DNA of 64,000 nucleotides, from assembly GCA_041690135.1 (NCBI GenBank), contig JAWLHY010000003.1, positions 288,001 through 352,000 of the forward strand, in the 5' to 3' direction. Of the stretch, positions 1-9,186 are shown piece by piece. The notes beneath the pieces are model-generated. The model saw only the letters and a list, made by a program, of their open reading frames with translations, made no database searches and was not told the origin of the DNA. Position numbers and translations under genes: made by a program. This DNA comes from Armatimonadota bacterium. GTDB taxonomy: Bacteria; Armatimonadota; SYMT01. Each line of letters starts with the position of its first letter. Positions within the stretch are counted from its first letter, which is position 1.

Positions 1-622
1 TTCCAAGACGCCAGAAGCGGTGCTGCATCATCGCGTCCGCCCACATCCGGAGCAGGGGATACTCCAGCTTCTGTCGGGGGTGGCCAGCCCTGATGAGCGC
101 CTCGAAGATCGGGATCAGTTCGTAGTCCGGACACCCAGGACCCAGATGGGAAGTGAGGCGGTCCAAAGTTTCTTCAATGCCAGATTTATCCGCACCTTCC
201 GCCACCTGAATGGCGAGACGCAGTCCCTCGATCCTGACGAGGAAGCGGAGGGGCTCTTCCAACTCCGCATGATTCTCCAAATTCAAGAGGGCGCGCTCTA
301 GGAAAGGCTTTGCCTGCTGGTGCTCGCGTAGTTTGAAGACGAGCGTACTTGCGATCGATAGGTCAAGCCAGCCGCCGATCTCTGGATGCGCCTTCAGCAG
401 TTCATCGATTGAGGCGGCTGTTTCCAGGGCCCTTGGGTGATTGCCCGTACTAGCGTAGTGCGAGAGTAGTTTGCTCCATGCCGTGAATTTATCTTCGGCG
501 TCTCCTTCGCGCTGCATTCGCTCGTGAAGTCGAAGCAGGGCGGCTTCGGCAGCCGTAGCATCGGTAGCAATTGCGCGCGCCCACTCGCGGTCTTCCGGTT
601 GTAGCCAGTCAAAACGTGCCAT
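1..622 (-). CDS. Hypothetical alpha-helical (TPR-like) protein, 3'-truncated by the window edge
   Basis: Manual translation of the minus strand from ATG at 622 gives an uninterrupted frame to the window start (MARFDWLQPEDREWARAIATDATAAEAALLRLHERMQREGDAEDKFTAWSKLLSHYASTGNHPRALETAA...QAKPFLERALL...). It is absent from the ORF track because its stop lies outside the window. More protein-like than the 20..301 + ORF. Confidence 0.65.
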   Translation of the reverse strand, partial: MARFDWLQPEDREWARAIATDATAAEAALLRLHERMQREGDAEDKFTAWSKLLSHYASTGNHPRALETAASIDELLKAHPEIGGWLDLSIASTLVFKLREHQQAKPFLERALLNLENHAELEEPLRFLVRIEGLRLAIQVAEGADKSGIEETLDRLTSHLGPGCPDYELIPIFEALIRAGHPRQKLEYPLLRMWADAMMQHRFWRLG

Positions 623-2778
623 CTCAAGTTCAATCCTATAGCGGCGGGAAAGTAGGGCTCTCCTCTCGTGCCTTTCAGGGGTGGCTGCTCGTCCTGGTGC
701 TCCTGAACCTCCTCGTGCGCTTGCCGCTGTGCGCGGAGCCGGCCACCGTCACGCCCGACGGCGCGGAGTACCTGGCACTCGCTCGCTCGCTTCGCGAAGA
801 GGGCCGCTACGCCACCGACCTGAAGTGGCAGTTCTTCACCAACGACCCGGTCCGGCACCCGGCCTGGGTCGATCGCCCGCCGCTCTACCCGCTCTACGCT
901 GTGCTCTGTGCCCGGGCGGTGCCGTTCCTGGACCCCACCACCGCGGCCCGCGTGGGGAACGTCCTGCTCGCCTGCGTGGCCCTGGTCCTGGGGACGCTGT
1001 ACCTGCGGCGGCTCTTCGGCCCGCTCCCGGCACTGCTGGCCGCGGGTTATGTCTTCCTGCTGCCGCACACCCTCTACTGGACCACCCAACCCCTCACCGA
1101 GGCCCTCACCCTGGTGCTCTGCCTCGCGGCGCTGCTCCTCTGGGACCACGCCCGCGAAACCCCCAGGGGTCCCGCCCACGCGCGCCTGCTTCTCGCCGCC
1201 GGCGCCGCCTGTGGCCTCGCTTACCTCACCCGGCCCACGGGACTCCTCCTGGTCTTCGCACTATTGCTGGATGCGTGCCTCAAAGGGAGCGCCACGAACC
1301 GGGAAGATAATGATAAGGACCGGGAGGATAAAGATAAGGATAATGAGGAGCGCGACCCGGGATGCTTCGGTGTACGGGGTCCTTCGAGGAGCGGCGAGGA
1401 TTGTCCGTCCTCGCCGGTTCCCGCTGGGCGAGTGAACTCGCGCCTACACAAAGCCAAGCCCGCTTCCTCAGGCTCCGAGATCACCACTACTGCCTCCAAC
1501 TCTCCTGGTCCTAATCCTAGTCCTCATCCTCATCGATCCGGCGATGGATTCACCGCACCCCGTCCCGCCCTTCGTCCTCCTTATCCTTATCCTTATCTAC
1601 ACGGTCCTTATCCTCAAGCTCTTTATCTGATAGGGGCTTTCCTCCTCATCGCCCTCCCATACCACCTGCTCCTGTGGCACCACGCGGGCTCGCCGTTCGC
1701 CAGCGCGCTGGGGTTCACGTATCGCATTCGGACCATCCACGACGTAACGGTCCTGGGCTTCGAGCGGGCGGTCCCGTCGCTTCTCCACTTCCTGCAACTG
1801 CACGGCGCAGAGCTACCGGGCCTCCTGCTCCGGCAGGCGGCGAGCCACGCCCAGGGGATCCTGCTGCCGCTGCTGGGACTGCTGCCGTTCGCCCTCGGCC
1901 TGCGCCGCGCGGACCTCTCCGGTCCCCGCCGTGCGCCGTTCCTGGTGGTGGTACTGCTGGTCGTAACCCACACCCTCACCTGGTCCGCGAAGGGCTCCTC
2001 CCGCTACTTCCTCCTCTGCCTCCTCCTGCTGGCGGGCCTGCTTCTATACGTGGGACTGCGGGGGGTGGGTAGGAGCGCGGGCGTCTCGCCCGCCAGAGGA
2101 AGTGGAGGCGTAGAGTGGGGCAGGCGTCTCGCCCGCCCAGGCACCGGTCACGATTACGAACAGGATCACGAACTGGGAGCCGCTGCATCCCCTGGCTCCG
2201 GCCGTCCCTCTCCTACACCTACTCTTATTCGGTCCAGATGTTCCCGCTCCACCTTCCGACTTCCGCCCACTGCCCACTGCCCACTGCCCACTGCCCACTG
2301 CCTTCTCCTAACGGCTTCCGCCCTCGGCCTTGCCTTCGAACTCACCCGGTTCTACAGCGCGCAGATCGGTTCCGGTCGGGGCGTGCCGGAGCACCACGCC
2401 TGGAAGGCCGCGGCCGCGCAGGCCCAGGGAGCACGGCTGATCGCCTCGGATAACCCGTGGATCCTCAATCTCCTCACCGAACGTCCGGCGGTAATGCTGC
2501 CCCGGACCACCGATCCCGAGAAGCTGGAACGCTTTATCCGGGAGTACCAACCGGACGTGCTGGTTCTCTTCCCCAACGAGGAGGCGGAGCGCCCAATGGC
2601 CGCTGCCTGGCGGGCCGGGCGACTGCCTACCGGCTGGCGCCTCATCCAAGAAAGCGACGCTTACCTGGTGCTCCACTATGACGGTGCCCACCCCAGAAGA
2701 CGGTGGCCGGCAATCCGGATGAACGGCAGCTTCCTAAAAGCGTCCAAAAAAATGAGGGGAACTCTCGACAAACTTTAG
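571..2778 (+). CDS. GT-C fold membrane glycosyltransferase (GT39/ArnT/PMT-like) with two in-frame repeat-derived insertions; true start probably downstream of 571
   Basis: Many hydrophobic segments; motifs 'PDGAEYLALARSL', 'DRPPLYPLY', 'LTEAL', 'GLAYLTRPTG', 'RYFL' typical of GT-C enzymes. Confidence 0.75.
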   Translation: MRAPTRGLPVVASQNVPSQVQSYSGGKVGLSSRAFQGWLLVLVLLNLLVRLPLCAEPATVTPDGAEYLALARSLREEGRYATDLKWQFFTNDPVRHPAWVDRPPLYPLYAVLCARAVPFLDPTTAARVGNVLLACVALVLGTLYLRRLFGPLPALLAAGYVFLLPHTLYWTTQPLTEALTLVLCLAALLLWDHARETPRGPAHARLLLAAGAACGLAYLTRPTGLLLVFALLLDACLKGSATNREDNDKDREDKDKDNEERDPGCFGVRGPSRSGEDCPSSPVPAGRVNSRLHKAKPASSGSEITTTASNSPGPNPSPHPHRSGDGFTAPRPALRPPYPYPYLHGPYPQALYLIGAFLLIALPYHLLLWHHAGSPFASALGFTYRIRTIHDVTVLGFERAVPSLLHFLQLHGAELPGLLLRQAASHAQGILLPLLGLLPFALGLRRADLSGPRRAPFLVVVLLVVTHTLTWSAKGSSRYFLLCLLLLAGLLLYVGLRGVGRSAGVSPARGSGGVEWGRRLARPGTGHDYEQDHELGAAASPGSGRPSPTPTLIRSRCSRSTFRLPPTAHCPLPTAHCLLLTASALGLAFELTRFYSAQIGSGRGVPEHHAWKAAAAQAQGARLIASDNPWILNLLTERPAVMLPRTTDPEKLERFIREYQPDVLVLFPNEEAERPMAAAWRAGRLPTGWRLIQESDAYLVLHYDGAHPRRRWPAIRMNGSFLKASKKMRGTLDKL
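1312..1612. repeat. MITE/REPIN-like element with ~38-bp imperfect terminal inverted repeats, inserted in frame in the glycosyltransferase
   Basis: 1312-1349 matches the reverse complement of 1575-1612 at 33/38 positions. Internal 1423-1450 matches intergenic 27709-27736 at 27/28. Confidence 0.7.
2266..2300 (+). repeat. Heptamer tandem repeat (CCCACTG)x5 inside CDS
   Basis: Five perfect copies read directly from the sequence. Confidence 0.95.
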
Positions 2779-2928
2779 AGGAAACCGCTGAGCTTGGACA
2801 GAATTCCCTAAGCAACCGCCGGAGAGTGTTCCGGCGCTCCAACATTCAACAGGCCCGGCCGGTGGACAAACCCCGGTTCGGCCTCTTCCCGGAAGGCCAG
2901 GCGCGCTGCTGCGCCTTCGGAGAGTGCT

Positions 2929-3627
2929 ATGCGCAGGCGAGGCTTTACTCTAATCGAACTGCTAGTTGTCATCGCTATCATAGCCATTCTGGCTGCCATC
3001 CTCTTTCCGGTGTTTGCCCGCGCGCGCGAGGCTGGGCGTGCCGCGTCCTGCAAGAGTAATCTCAAGCAGATCGGAAACGCATTCATTATGTACAGCCAGG
3101 ATTTCGACGAGACGGGCGTCCTCGGCTCGGGCAACAACTACGGCACCTTGACGTGTGCCAACGGCGTGGTGTGTGAAGGGTGGGAACCCCGGCTGCAGCC
3201 GTACATCAAAAACTGGAATGTGTTCCGCTGCCCTTCCCGCTCCGATACCAGTGCCTTCGGCAACAACATCGGCGCCCGCTGCCGGAGTTCCTACGGCTTC
3301 AATCTGAACTACTGGAACAACTCGCGGGCGAACTCCTGGTCAGCTGGGGTGAACGACTCTGTGTGGGCTTTCCCGGCCGACACAGTACAGGCGGCGGAAA
3401 TCGTGCCGGGCGCCGACGACTACATCGGCGTGTGGGACACGAACGCCAACACGATCACCACGAACAACCAGTGGGACACCCCGATCAACATGATCACCAC
3501 GATGCCCGGTAGCCGTCTGAACGAAGTTCACAGCGAAACGGCTAACGTCCTGTTTAAGGACGGCCACGTGAAGGCGATGAAGAAGTCCCAGATGCGGATG
3601 CGTCAGTTCGTGATCGAAGGGAAGTAG
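2929..3627 (+). CDS. DUF1559 / prepilin-type N-terminal cleavage-methylation and H-X9-DG domain protein (copy 1)
   Basis: [44 protein letters not shown], and C-terminal [15 protein letters not shown]. Confidence 0.92.
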   Translation: MRRRGFTLIELLVVIAIIAILAAILFPVFARAREAGRAASCKSNLKQIGNAFIMYSQDFDETGVLGSGNNYGTLTCANGVVCEGWEPRLQPYIKNWNVFRCPSRSDTSAFGNNIGARCRSSYGFNLNYWNNSRANSWSAGVNDSVWAFPADTVQAAEIVPGADDYIGVWDTNANTITTNNQWDTPINMITTMPGSRLNEVHSETANVLFKDGHVKAMKKSQMRMRQFVIEGK

Positions 3628-3662
3628 ATTTTCCACCACCGGTCTTGGGCTCGAACCCAAAG

Positions 3663-4844
3663 TCAGGGGGAGCCTTCTGGCGCGGCGGCTGGCTGGAGTG
3701 ATTCCAGCAGCTGTCGCGCCTTCTCATTTTTGGGATCCTGCTCCAGGGCGGATTGGACCAGGTTGGTCGCGATCCGGCGAGCGCCGAGGTCGCGCGACAA
3801 TTCCGCCGTCTCAAGCAATAACGGAATGCTGTTGGGGGCCCGCAGCAGTTCCCTGCGGGCCTCTCTCCAGCGTCGTTCTTTCGCCTGCAGCATGCGGACC
3901 TCGTCCCACAGCTTCGTCGCCGCCGGATCGCGCATCTGTCGGAGGACTGTGGCCAGGTGGAAGAGGATCGTGGCCGAGTACGGGTTCAATTTCCGCGCTC
4001 GTTCGAAATGATGGCGCGCTTTCGGCCAGTGGCGATGGCGTTCGTAGAGGAGGCCTAACTCGGCATGGGCGTCGTACCGCTCGGGCGCCTCGGCCAGGAC
4101 GGCCTCCAGGTGTCCGGCCGCTGTGCGTATGCCGGCAGGGTCACGGGCACGCCGGCTCAGGATATAGCCCTGCAGGTAATGGGTTTCAAGGTCGGCTGGG
4201 TGGCGCGCCAGATACTCCCCGACGGTTCCTTCTGCCGCTTTCAGATCTCCCGACTGCGCCTGAACCTTAGCGAGTTCAAGCTGGATAGCGTCGTTTCCGG
4301 AGAGCCGATGCGCCTCGCGATAGTGTTTCAGGGTATCAGCCAGGCTGCCGCGATGGGTTCTAGCGTAGAGTAGGTGACCTCGCGCGCACTGGGGCTCCTT
4401 CTTCACCGCCGCCGCCGCCCACTCCTCGGCGCCGATGCGGTCTTCCATCAGGCCATATGCCTCGGCGAGACGGCAGGTCAGGTGCTCCGCGTTCGGAACG
4501 GTGGAGGCGGCTTTCCGCAGGACCAGAACGGCCGCTTCCGGCTGGTCCGCTTCCTGGAGACCCTGGGCCAGCCGGAAATAAGGCTCGGGCCACCAGGGGG
4601 CGCTGATGGTCGCCGATTGCCACTCCGCCAGAGCCGGTTCGATCTGCCCCGAATTGTATAGCTCTTGTCCGGTGCGGTAGTGTTGCCTGGCGGGCGCGTG
4701 CAACCGGTCATCCCAGAAACGTGCCACTCCCCAACCGGCAAGACTGATGCCGCAAATCGTCGACAGGTACAGCAGAACCCGCCGACGCGACAGAGGAGAT
4801 TGCCGCACCGGCCGGACTTGAGTGGGAGTGGTATCCTCGGACAT
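3663..4844 (-). CDS. Tetratricopeptide repeat protein with N-terminal membrane anchor
   Basis: N-terminal hydrophobic segment after RRR; repeated TPR-like helices (PEPYFRLAQ, AHAELGLLY, ILFHLA). Confidence 0.8.
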   Translation of the reverse strand: MSEDTTPTQVRPVRQSPLSRRRVLLYLSTICGISLAGWGVARFWDDRLHAPARQHYRTGQELYNSGQIEPALAEWQSATISAPWWPEPYFRLAQGLQEADQPEAAVLVLRKAASTVPNAEHLTCRLAEAYGLMEDRIGAEEWAAAAVKKEPQCARGHLLYARTHRGSLADTLKHYREAHRLSGNDAIQLELAKVQAQSGDLKAAEGTVGEYLARHPADLETHYLQGYILSRRARDPAGIRTAAGHLEAVLAEAPERYDAHAELGLLYERHRHWPKARHHFERARKLNPYSATILFHLATVLRQMRDPAATKLWDEVRMLQAKERRWREARRELLRAPNSIPLLLETAELSRDLGARRIATNLVQSALEQDPKNEKARQLLESLQPAAAPEGSP

Positions 4845-4869
4845 ACGTCTCCTGATTCTTATTCAGAAT

Positions 4870-6600
4870 CTACCGGGGAGAACTATCCCCCTCGGTCCAT
4901 CGCCAGATCCGGTCAACTGCAAGCTGCCTGGCTCTTGCTACCCGCCCGCCGGGCCAATGCACCTCGACCGTGCGAGCCACCGTTGCTTCACCCAGGCCAA
5001 AATACACACGAGTATCGCTGGAAGAGCAGAAGCTGGAGCCAGCCCGGACCCGGCCGGCCAACTTCCCTTTTTCTGTTTGCAAGATAATACGCGCGTGCCG
5101 CGCGTCTCGGTTGCTCGTTTCACCCTGAAGCTCAAAAGCGATCCAGTGTCGACGGTTTCCTGACGCATTCCGCAGCAGTTGGGGGGCCCCGTCGCGATTA
5201 TTGACCAGGAGGTCCGGCCGGCCATCGTTGTCGAAATCGCCCACCGCCAGCCCGCGCGCCACGGTGGGCACGGCCAGGGCGCCCAGTGCCTCTGCTACCG
5301 GGGTAAAGGTCCCATCTCCCTGGTTGTGGTAGAGCGACTTCGGTTGAGCATACGTTAGACCGGGCACCAGATGGGCAATCTCTTCTTGAATGTGGCCGTT
5401 CGCGACCACCAGGTCCTGGTCCCCATCCAGATCATAATCCACGAACTCGCAACCCCAACTGAGATGGGGATTGCTCGGTTCGGCCAAGCCCGATGACACC
5501 GAAGCATTCTCGAAGAGGCCACCTTCCGCATTTCGAAAAAGGGAGTTGGGTTGATGGGAGAAGTTTGTGATGTGGAGATCGTCCCGTCCGTCGTTATCGT
5601 AGTCGGCGACCGCTACTCCCATTCCGGAGAGAGGTTGGCCCATCTCTCCCAGGGCGACGTTGGCATCCAATGCGACTTCTTCAAACTTTCCTTTCCCGGT
5701 GTTGTGAAACAAGAAGTTTGGTGTGAGGTCGCAAGCGATGAATAGATCCTGCCAGCCATCGCGGTCATAGTCGAGCCAGGCGACGCCCATCGCACGGCCG
5801 GAGGCCGCCGCGATACCGGAACGGCGAGAAACATCCGTGAACCGGCCGTTTCCCTCGTTTCGGTACAGGCGCGAGCGATCGCCGGAATACTTCTCGGGAT
5901 TGCAGTAGCCGCGCTGCCCCAGTGCATTGAGGCACGGCTCATCCAATTCGGGACTCCACACCACATAATGGGTCACGCAGAGGTCAAGATCACCATCCCG
6001 GTCGTAATCTCCCCAGGCTGCGCTGAGAGAGTAACGCTTCCCTTCGTCCAGATCAGCAACTCCGGCGGGGGCCGATACATCCACGAAGCGACCCGAGCCG
6101 CCTTCATTGTGGAAAAGGCGGTTGCCTCCATAGGCCGTAATGTAAAGATCCGGAAAGCCATCGTTGTCGTAGTCGCCGACCGCTACCCCCTGGCTGTATC
6201 CGGTGTGTGTGAGACCCGAGGCAGGAGTCACGTTCTCAAACTGCCCCTTCACATTACGGTAAAGCCCATTGGCTGCCGGGGGCCCGTCGAGCGATCCGGT
6301 GTTGAGAAGTAATATGTCCAGCCAGCCATCCCGGTCGAAATCGAAGAAGGCGCACCCGCTTCCGGTGATCTCCGCAAAGCGGTGTTCGGGTGTCGCCCCA
6401 CTAGTGTGGGTGAACTCGATGCCCATTTGCCGGGTCACCTCGACGAAGAGGTCCGGTTGAGACGTAATTGCAGAAGCGCTCCCTTTTGCCTCAACCCCAG
6501 CGGGGCGGGTGGGCCGGTCTTCGCAGCCTTCAACCGAGAGGTGGCTCAGAACCAGCACCACCCCGGCCAGCCAGCGGCGTACGAGCTTTGAATTCCTCAC
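4870..6600 (-). CDS. CRTAC1-family FG-GAP repeat / ASPIC-UnbV domain protein
   Basis: Multiple DxDxDGxxD repeats (DFDRDGWLD, DYDNDGFPD); C-terminal ASPIC/UnbV (SSSDTRVYFGLG..VHWPGG). Likely GTG start at 6600 overlapping the upstream stop (GTGA). Confidence 0.88.
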   Translation of the reverse strand: MRNSKLVRRWLAGVVLVLSHLSVEGCEDRPTRPAGVEAKGSASAITSQPDLFVEVTRQMGIEFTHTSGATPEHRFAEITGSGCAFFDFDRDGWLDILLLNTGSLDGPPAANGLYRNVKGQFENVTPASGLTHTGYSQGVAVGDYDNDGFPDLYITAYGGNRLFHNEGGSGRFVDVSAPAGVADLDEGKRYSLSAAWGDYDRDGDLDLCVTHYVVWSPELDEPCLNALGQRGYCNPEKYSGDRSRLYRNEGNGRFTDVSRRSGIAAASGRAMGVAWLDYDRDGWQDLFIACDLTPNFLFHNTGKGKFEEVALDANVALGEMGQPLSGMGVAVADYDNDGRDDLHITNFSHQPNSLFRNAEGGLFENASVSSGLAEPSNPHLSWGCEFVDYDLDGDQDLVVANGHIQEEIAHLVPGLTYAQPKSLYHNQGDGTFTPVAEALGALAVPTVARGLAVGDFDNDGRPDLLVNNRDGAPQLLRNASGNRRHWIAFELQGETSNRDARHARIILQTEKGKLAGRVRAGSSFCSSSDTRVYFGLGEATVARTVEVHWPGGRVARARQLAVDRIWRWTEGDSSPR

Positions 6601-8321
6601 TGCGGGTTCTCCGTCTTGGCTGGAGCGCGCGAAGCTGGCTCGCCGGACATCTCTTCGATGCGTAGGATCTGGTCGACGGGAACTCCGAATAGCTCCTGTC
6701 GTCTTCCGGACGGCCATCGGATCACCAGCTCGTCAAGTCGTTCCACCTTTCCCAGGCCCAGATGAATGCGGGGATCGCTGGAGGAAAGGTAACTGGAGGT
6801 AGGGGATACCTGAGCCACCCACACACGGTCGCCCGCACGGGCTTTGAGGCGGGCGCCGTAAGCGAACCGGTTGCTACCTTTGGCCCGGAGGTCGAGTTTC
6901 AGCCAATGGTTCGTCGCCGTCGACCTGTTGTGGAGGAGACGCAAACGACTTCCGTAATCCACCACGAGCAGATCGACCCGCCCGTCGTTATCGTAGTCAC
7001 CCGAAGCCAGCCCTCGCCCGAGAATCGGCGTAGTCAGGTCGCCGCCCAGTTCCGGTACGAGATCCCGAAACCCGGCCCCACCTTCGTTGTGGAAGAGCAT
7101 GAGTGGCTGGCGGAACGCGGTGCCCGGATAGATCTCCGGCGCTCGGTCGTAGACGTGTCCATTGGCGATCGCCACGTCCGGCCAAGCATCGTTATCCATG
7201 TCGATCCACTTTGCGCCGAACCCGAGCGGGGTACGAGTCGGCTCCTCCAATCCGGTGCTGGCCGCCGCGTGCTCGAACACCCCATGCGCCTGGCCTCGCA
7301 GGAGTGAGTAAGGTTCACCCGAGAACGCCGTTACAATCAGGTCGATGCGTCCGTCGCGGTCGAAATCGTCGAAATCGGCCGCCATCGCCGCCACCGCACT
7401 CCCATCGGACCCATAGGCCACGCCACATTCCGTTCCGGTGTTGCGGAAGCGGAAACTACCTTCGTTAACGAAAAGGTCCGCAGGCACCCCGTCGTTTCCG
7501 ATATAGAGGTCCGGATCTCCGTCGTCGTCCACATCTGCAAATGCCAGTACCTGGGCTGTTCCGGTTGCTTCGCTCATCCCCGCTTCCGAGCTGACGTCTC
7601 GAAAGCGCCCGTCTCCCATATTGCGCCAGGTCTCCGGAAACTGGGGGAGATAGTACCGCGGCGGACACCCTGCCTGTATTCCGGCCTTAGGTTCGCAGTA
7701 CTTCCGCTCGCGCGGACCGAACCGGACATAATTGAGCAAGACGAGGTCGAGCGCTCCGTCGGCATCCAGGTCCATGAAGCCGGCGCCGGCCGACCAGCGA
7801 TCGGCCGCGTTGAATCCAGCCTGTCTCGTCACGTTCGCCCATTTCCCCTTCCCGGTGTTCCGCAGCAGTGCGAGACAGTGGTGCCCGGTGAGGAACAGGT
7901 CCAGGCAGCCATCGGCATCGTAGTCCCCCACCGCGCAGCCCTTCCAGGCCCCTTTCAGCCGGTCGAGACCGCATTCGACGGTGACCTCCACAAAGCGTCT
8001 TCCCTGCAGATTACGGTAGAGCCGCGGATAGGGCTCGGTGACCAACAGGATGTCCTGCCAACCATCATCATCGTAGTCGAAGAACGCGCAACCACATCCG
8101 AAAGCGTCCAGGATGGACAGGGGGGAGGGCAATCGGGGCCAGGTGTAAGCCAGCCCCATCGGTGCAGAGACTTCCGCGAAGCCAACGCTGCAGATCGGCG
8201 CTTCGGCCGGAGACTGCTCGGCATCAGGCCGGCAACCGAGTAGGGAAGCAAGACATGTCGCTACCCCGAGCATAACCTGCCACCGGAGGGGAACCCTGGC
8301 TTGAAGAAGGAATGTGCTCAC
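6597..8321 (-). CDS. CRTAC1-family FG-GAP repeat / ASPIC-UnbV domain protein (probable lipoprotein)
   Basis: LLGC lipobox-like motif; DYDDDGWQD and DYDADGCLD repeats; SSSDPRIHLGLG...RWPSG. Confidence 0.88.
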   Translation of the reverse strand: MSTFLLQARVPLRWQVMLGVATCLASLLGCRPDAEQSPAEAPICSVGFAEVSAPMGLAYTWPRLPSPLSILDAFGCGCAFFDYDDDGWQDILLVTEPYPRLYRNLQGRRFVEVTVECGLDRLKGAWKGCAVGDYDADGCLDLFLTGHHCLALLRNTGKGKWANVTRQAGFNAADRWSAGAGFMDLDADGALDLVLLNYVRFGPRERKYCEPKAGIQAGCPPRYYLPQFPETWRNMGDGRFRDVSSEAGMSEATGTAQVLAFADVDDDGDPDLYIGNDGVPADLFVNEGSFRFRNTGTECGVAYGSDGSAVAAMAADFDDFDRDGRIDLIVTAFSGEPYSLLRGQAHGVFEHAAASTGLEEPTRTPLGFGAKWIDMDNDAWPDVAIANGHVYDRAPEIYPGTAFRQPLMLFHNEGGAGFRDLVPELGGDLTTPILGRGLASGDYDNDGRVDLLVVDYGSRLRLLHNRSTATNHWLKLDLRAKGSNRFAYGARLKARAGDRVWVAQVSPTSSYLSSSDPRIHLGLGKVERLDELVIRWPSGRRQELFGVPVDQILRIEEMSGEPASRAPAKTENPQ

Positions 8322-8591
8322 CAGGTACTCGACACGACGCTGACGTCATCTAACCGCCCGGAAAGTTGATGCGGGCCGTTCCGGGAGATCACGGGACTAT
8401 CGGATTCGTTTCGTCAGCAGCGTTTGATATCCTTCGTGGAATCTCTCGCGGTTCCCACCTGTCCTGCCCCTTCAGGGCAGCGAGCCGCGAACGACATGGT
8501 CTGTGCATGGAGGAAGGGTCTCTGCGGATAGCGAAAGGTGGCGAAAGCGTTGGGGGACAACCACGCGCTTCTTGGCCAGGAAACAATATCT

Positions 8592-8846
8592 ATGCAAATC
8601 CAGCAACCCGATCTCATTCGTACCCGGTCTCGTGCGCCACGCTTGTTCTTGGCGCTCATCATGTCGTGCGTGTTCTCTGCGGCTCTCGTTGGCTGTGGCG
8701 GGGATGGAGCACCTTCGTCAGGTGAAGTTGTGAATGATCCGGCTGCGGCGGCGAACTTTCCGGGTGGAGGCGGCGGGGCCCCGAACTCCGGCGCCCCTGC
8801 TTCCTCGGCGCCCAATGACGCGGCAGCAGCGGCTAACAACCCCTAA
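8592..8846 (+). CDS. Small lipoprotein (type commonly found next to DUF1559 genes)
   Basis: Signal peptide with lipobox LVGC followed by a short G/A/P-rich tail; a hairpin follows at ~8868-8900. Confidence 0.6.
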   Translation: MQIQQPDLIRTRSRAPRLFLALIMSCVFSAALVGCGGDGAPSSGEVVNDPAAAANFPGGGGGAPNSGAPASSAPNDAAAAANNP

Positions 8847-9186
8847 CGCTTGGGGCAGGGAACCCACTGCTCCATCCGCCGCAGGCGCGGATGGAGCACT
8901 CGAGTGGCGGCAGCGAGTTGAGCGGACCCGGTTAGCAACTGGGTCCGCTCAACGTCTGTCAGGCTCATCTGCTGTCGGCGTGGACCGGTCGTCAACAAAC
9001 TTCTAATCCTTTTCTTGAGACCTGCCCATCTCATCACACATGTGGGAAGAGTTTGGCGCTAGTGCTGTCCAAACCTTGCGAAAGGATCGCGACCACCTCT
9101 CCTTCGTGCAACGAATGGGGGAGCGCGTCGTGTCCACTCGCACTCCCGGGGGTAGAGAATATCCCCGTCCACTCCTGGAGACAAGC

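Noticed and set aside
20-301. 93-aa plus-strand ORF
   Set aside because: Antisense to a longer, more protein-like minus-strand frame (1..622)
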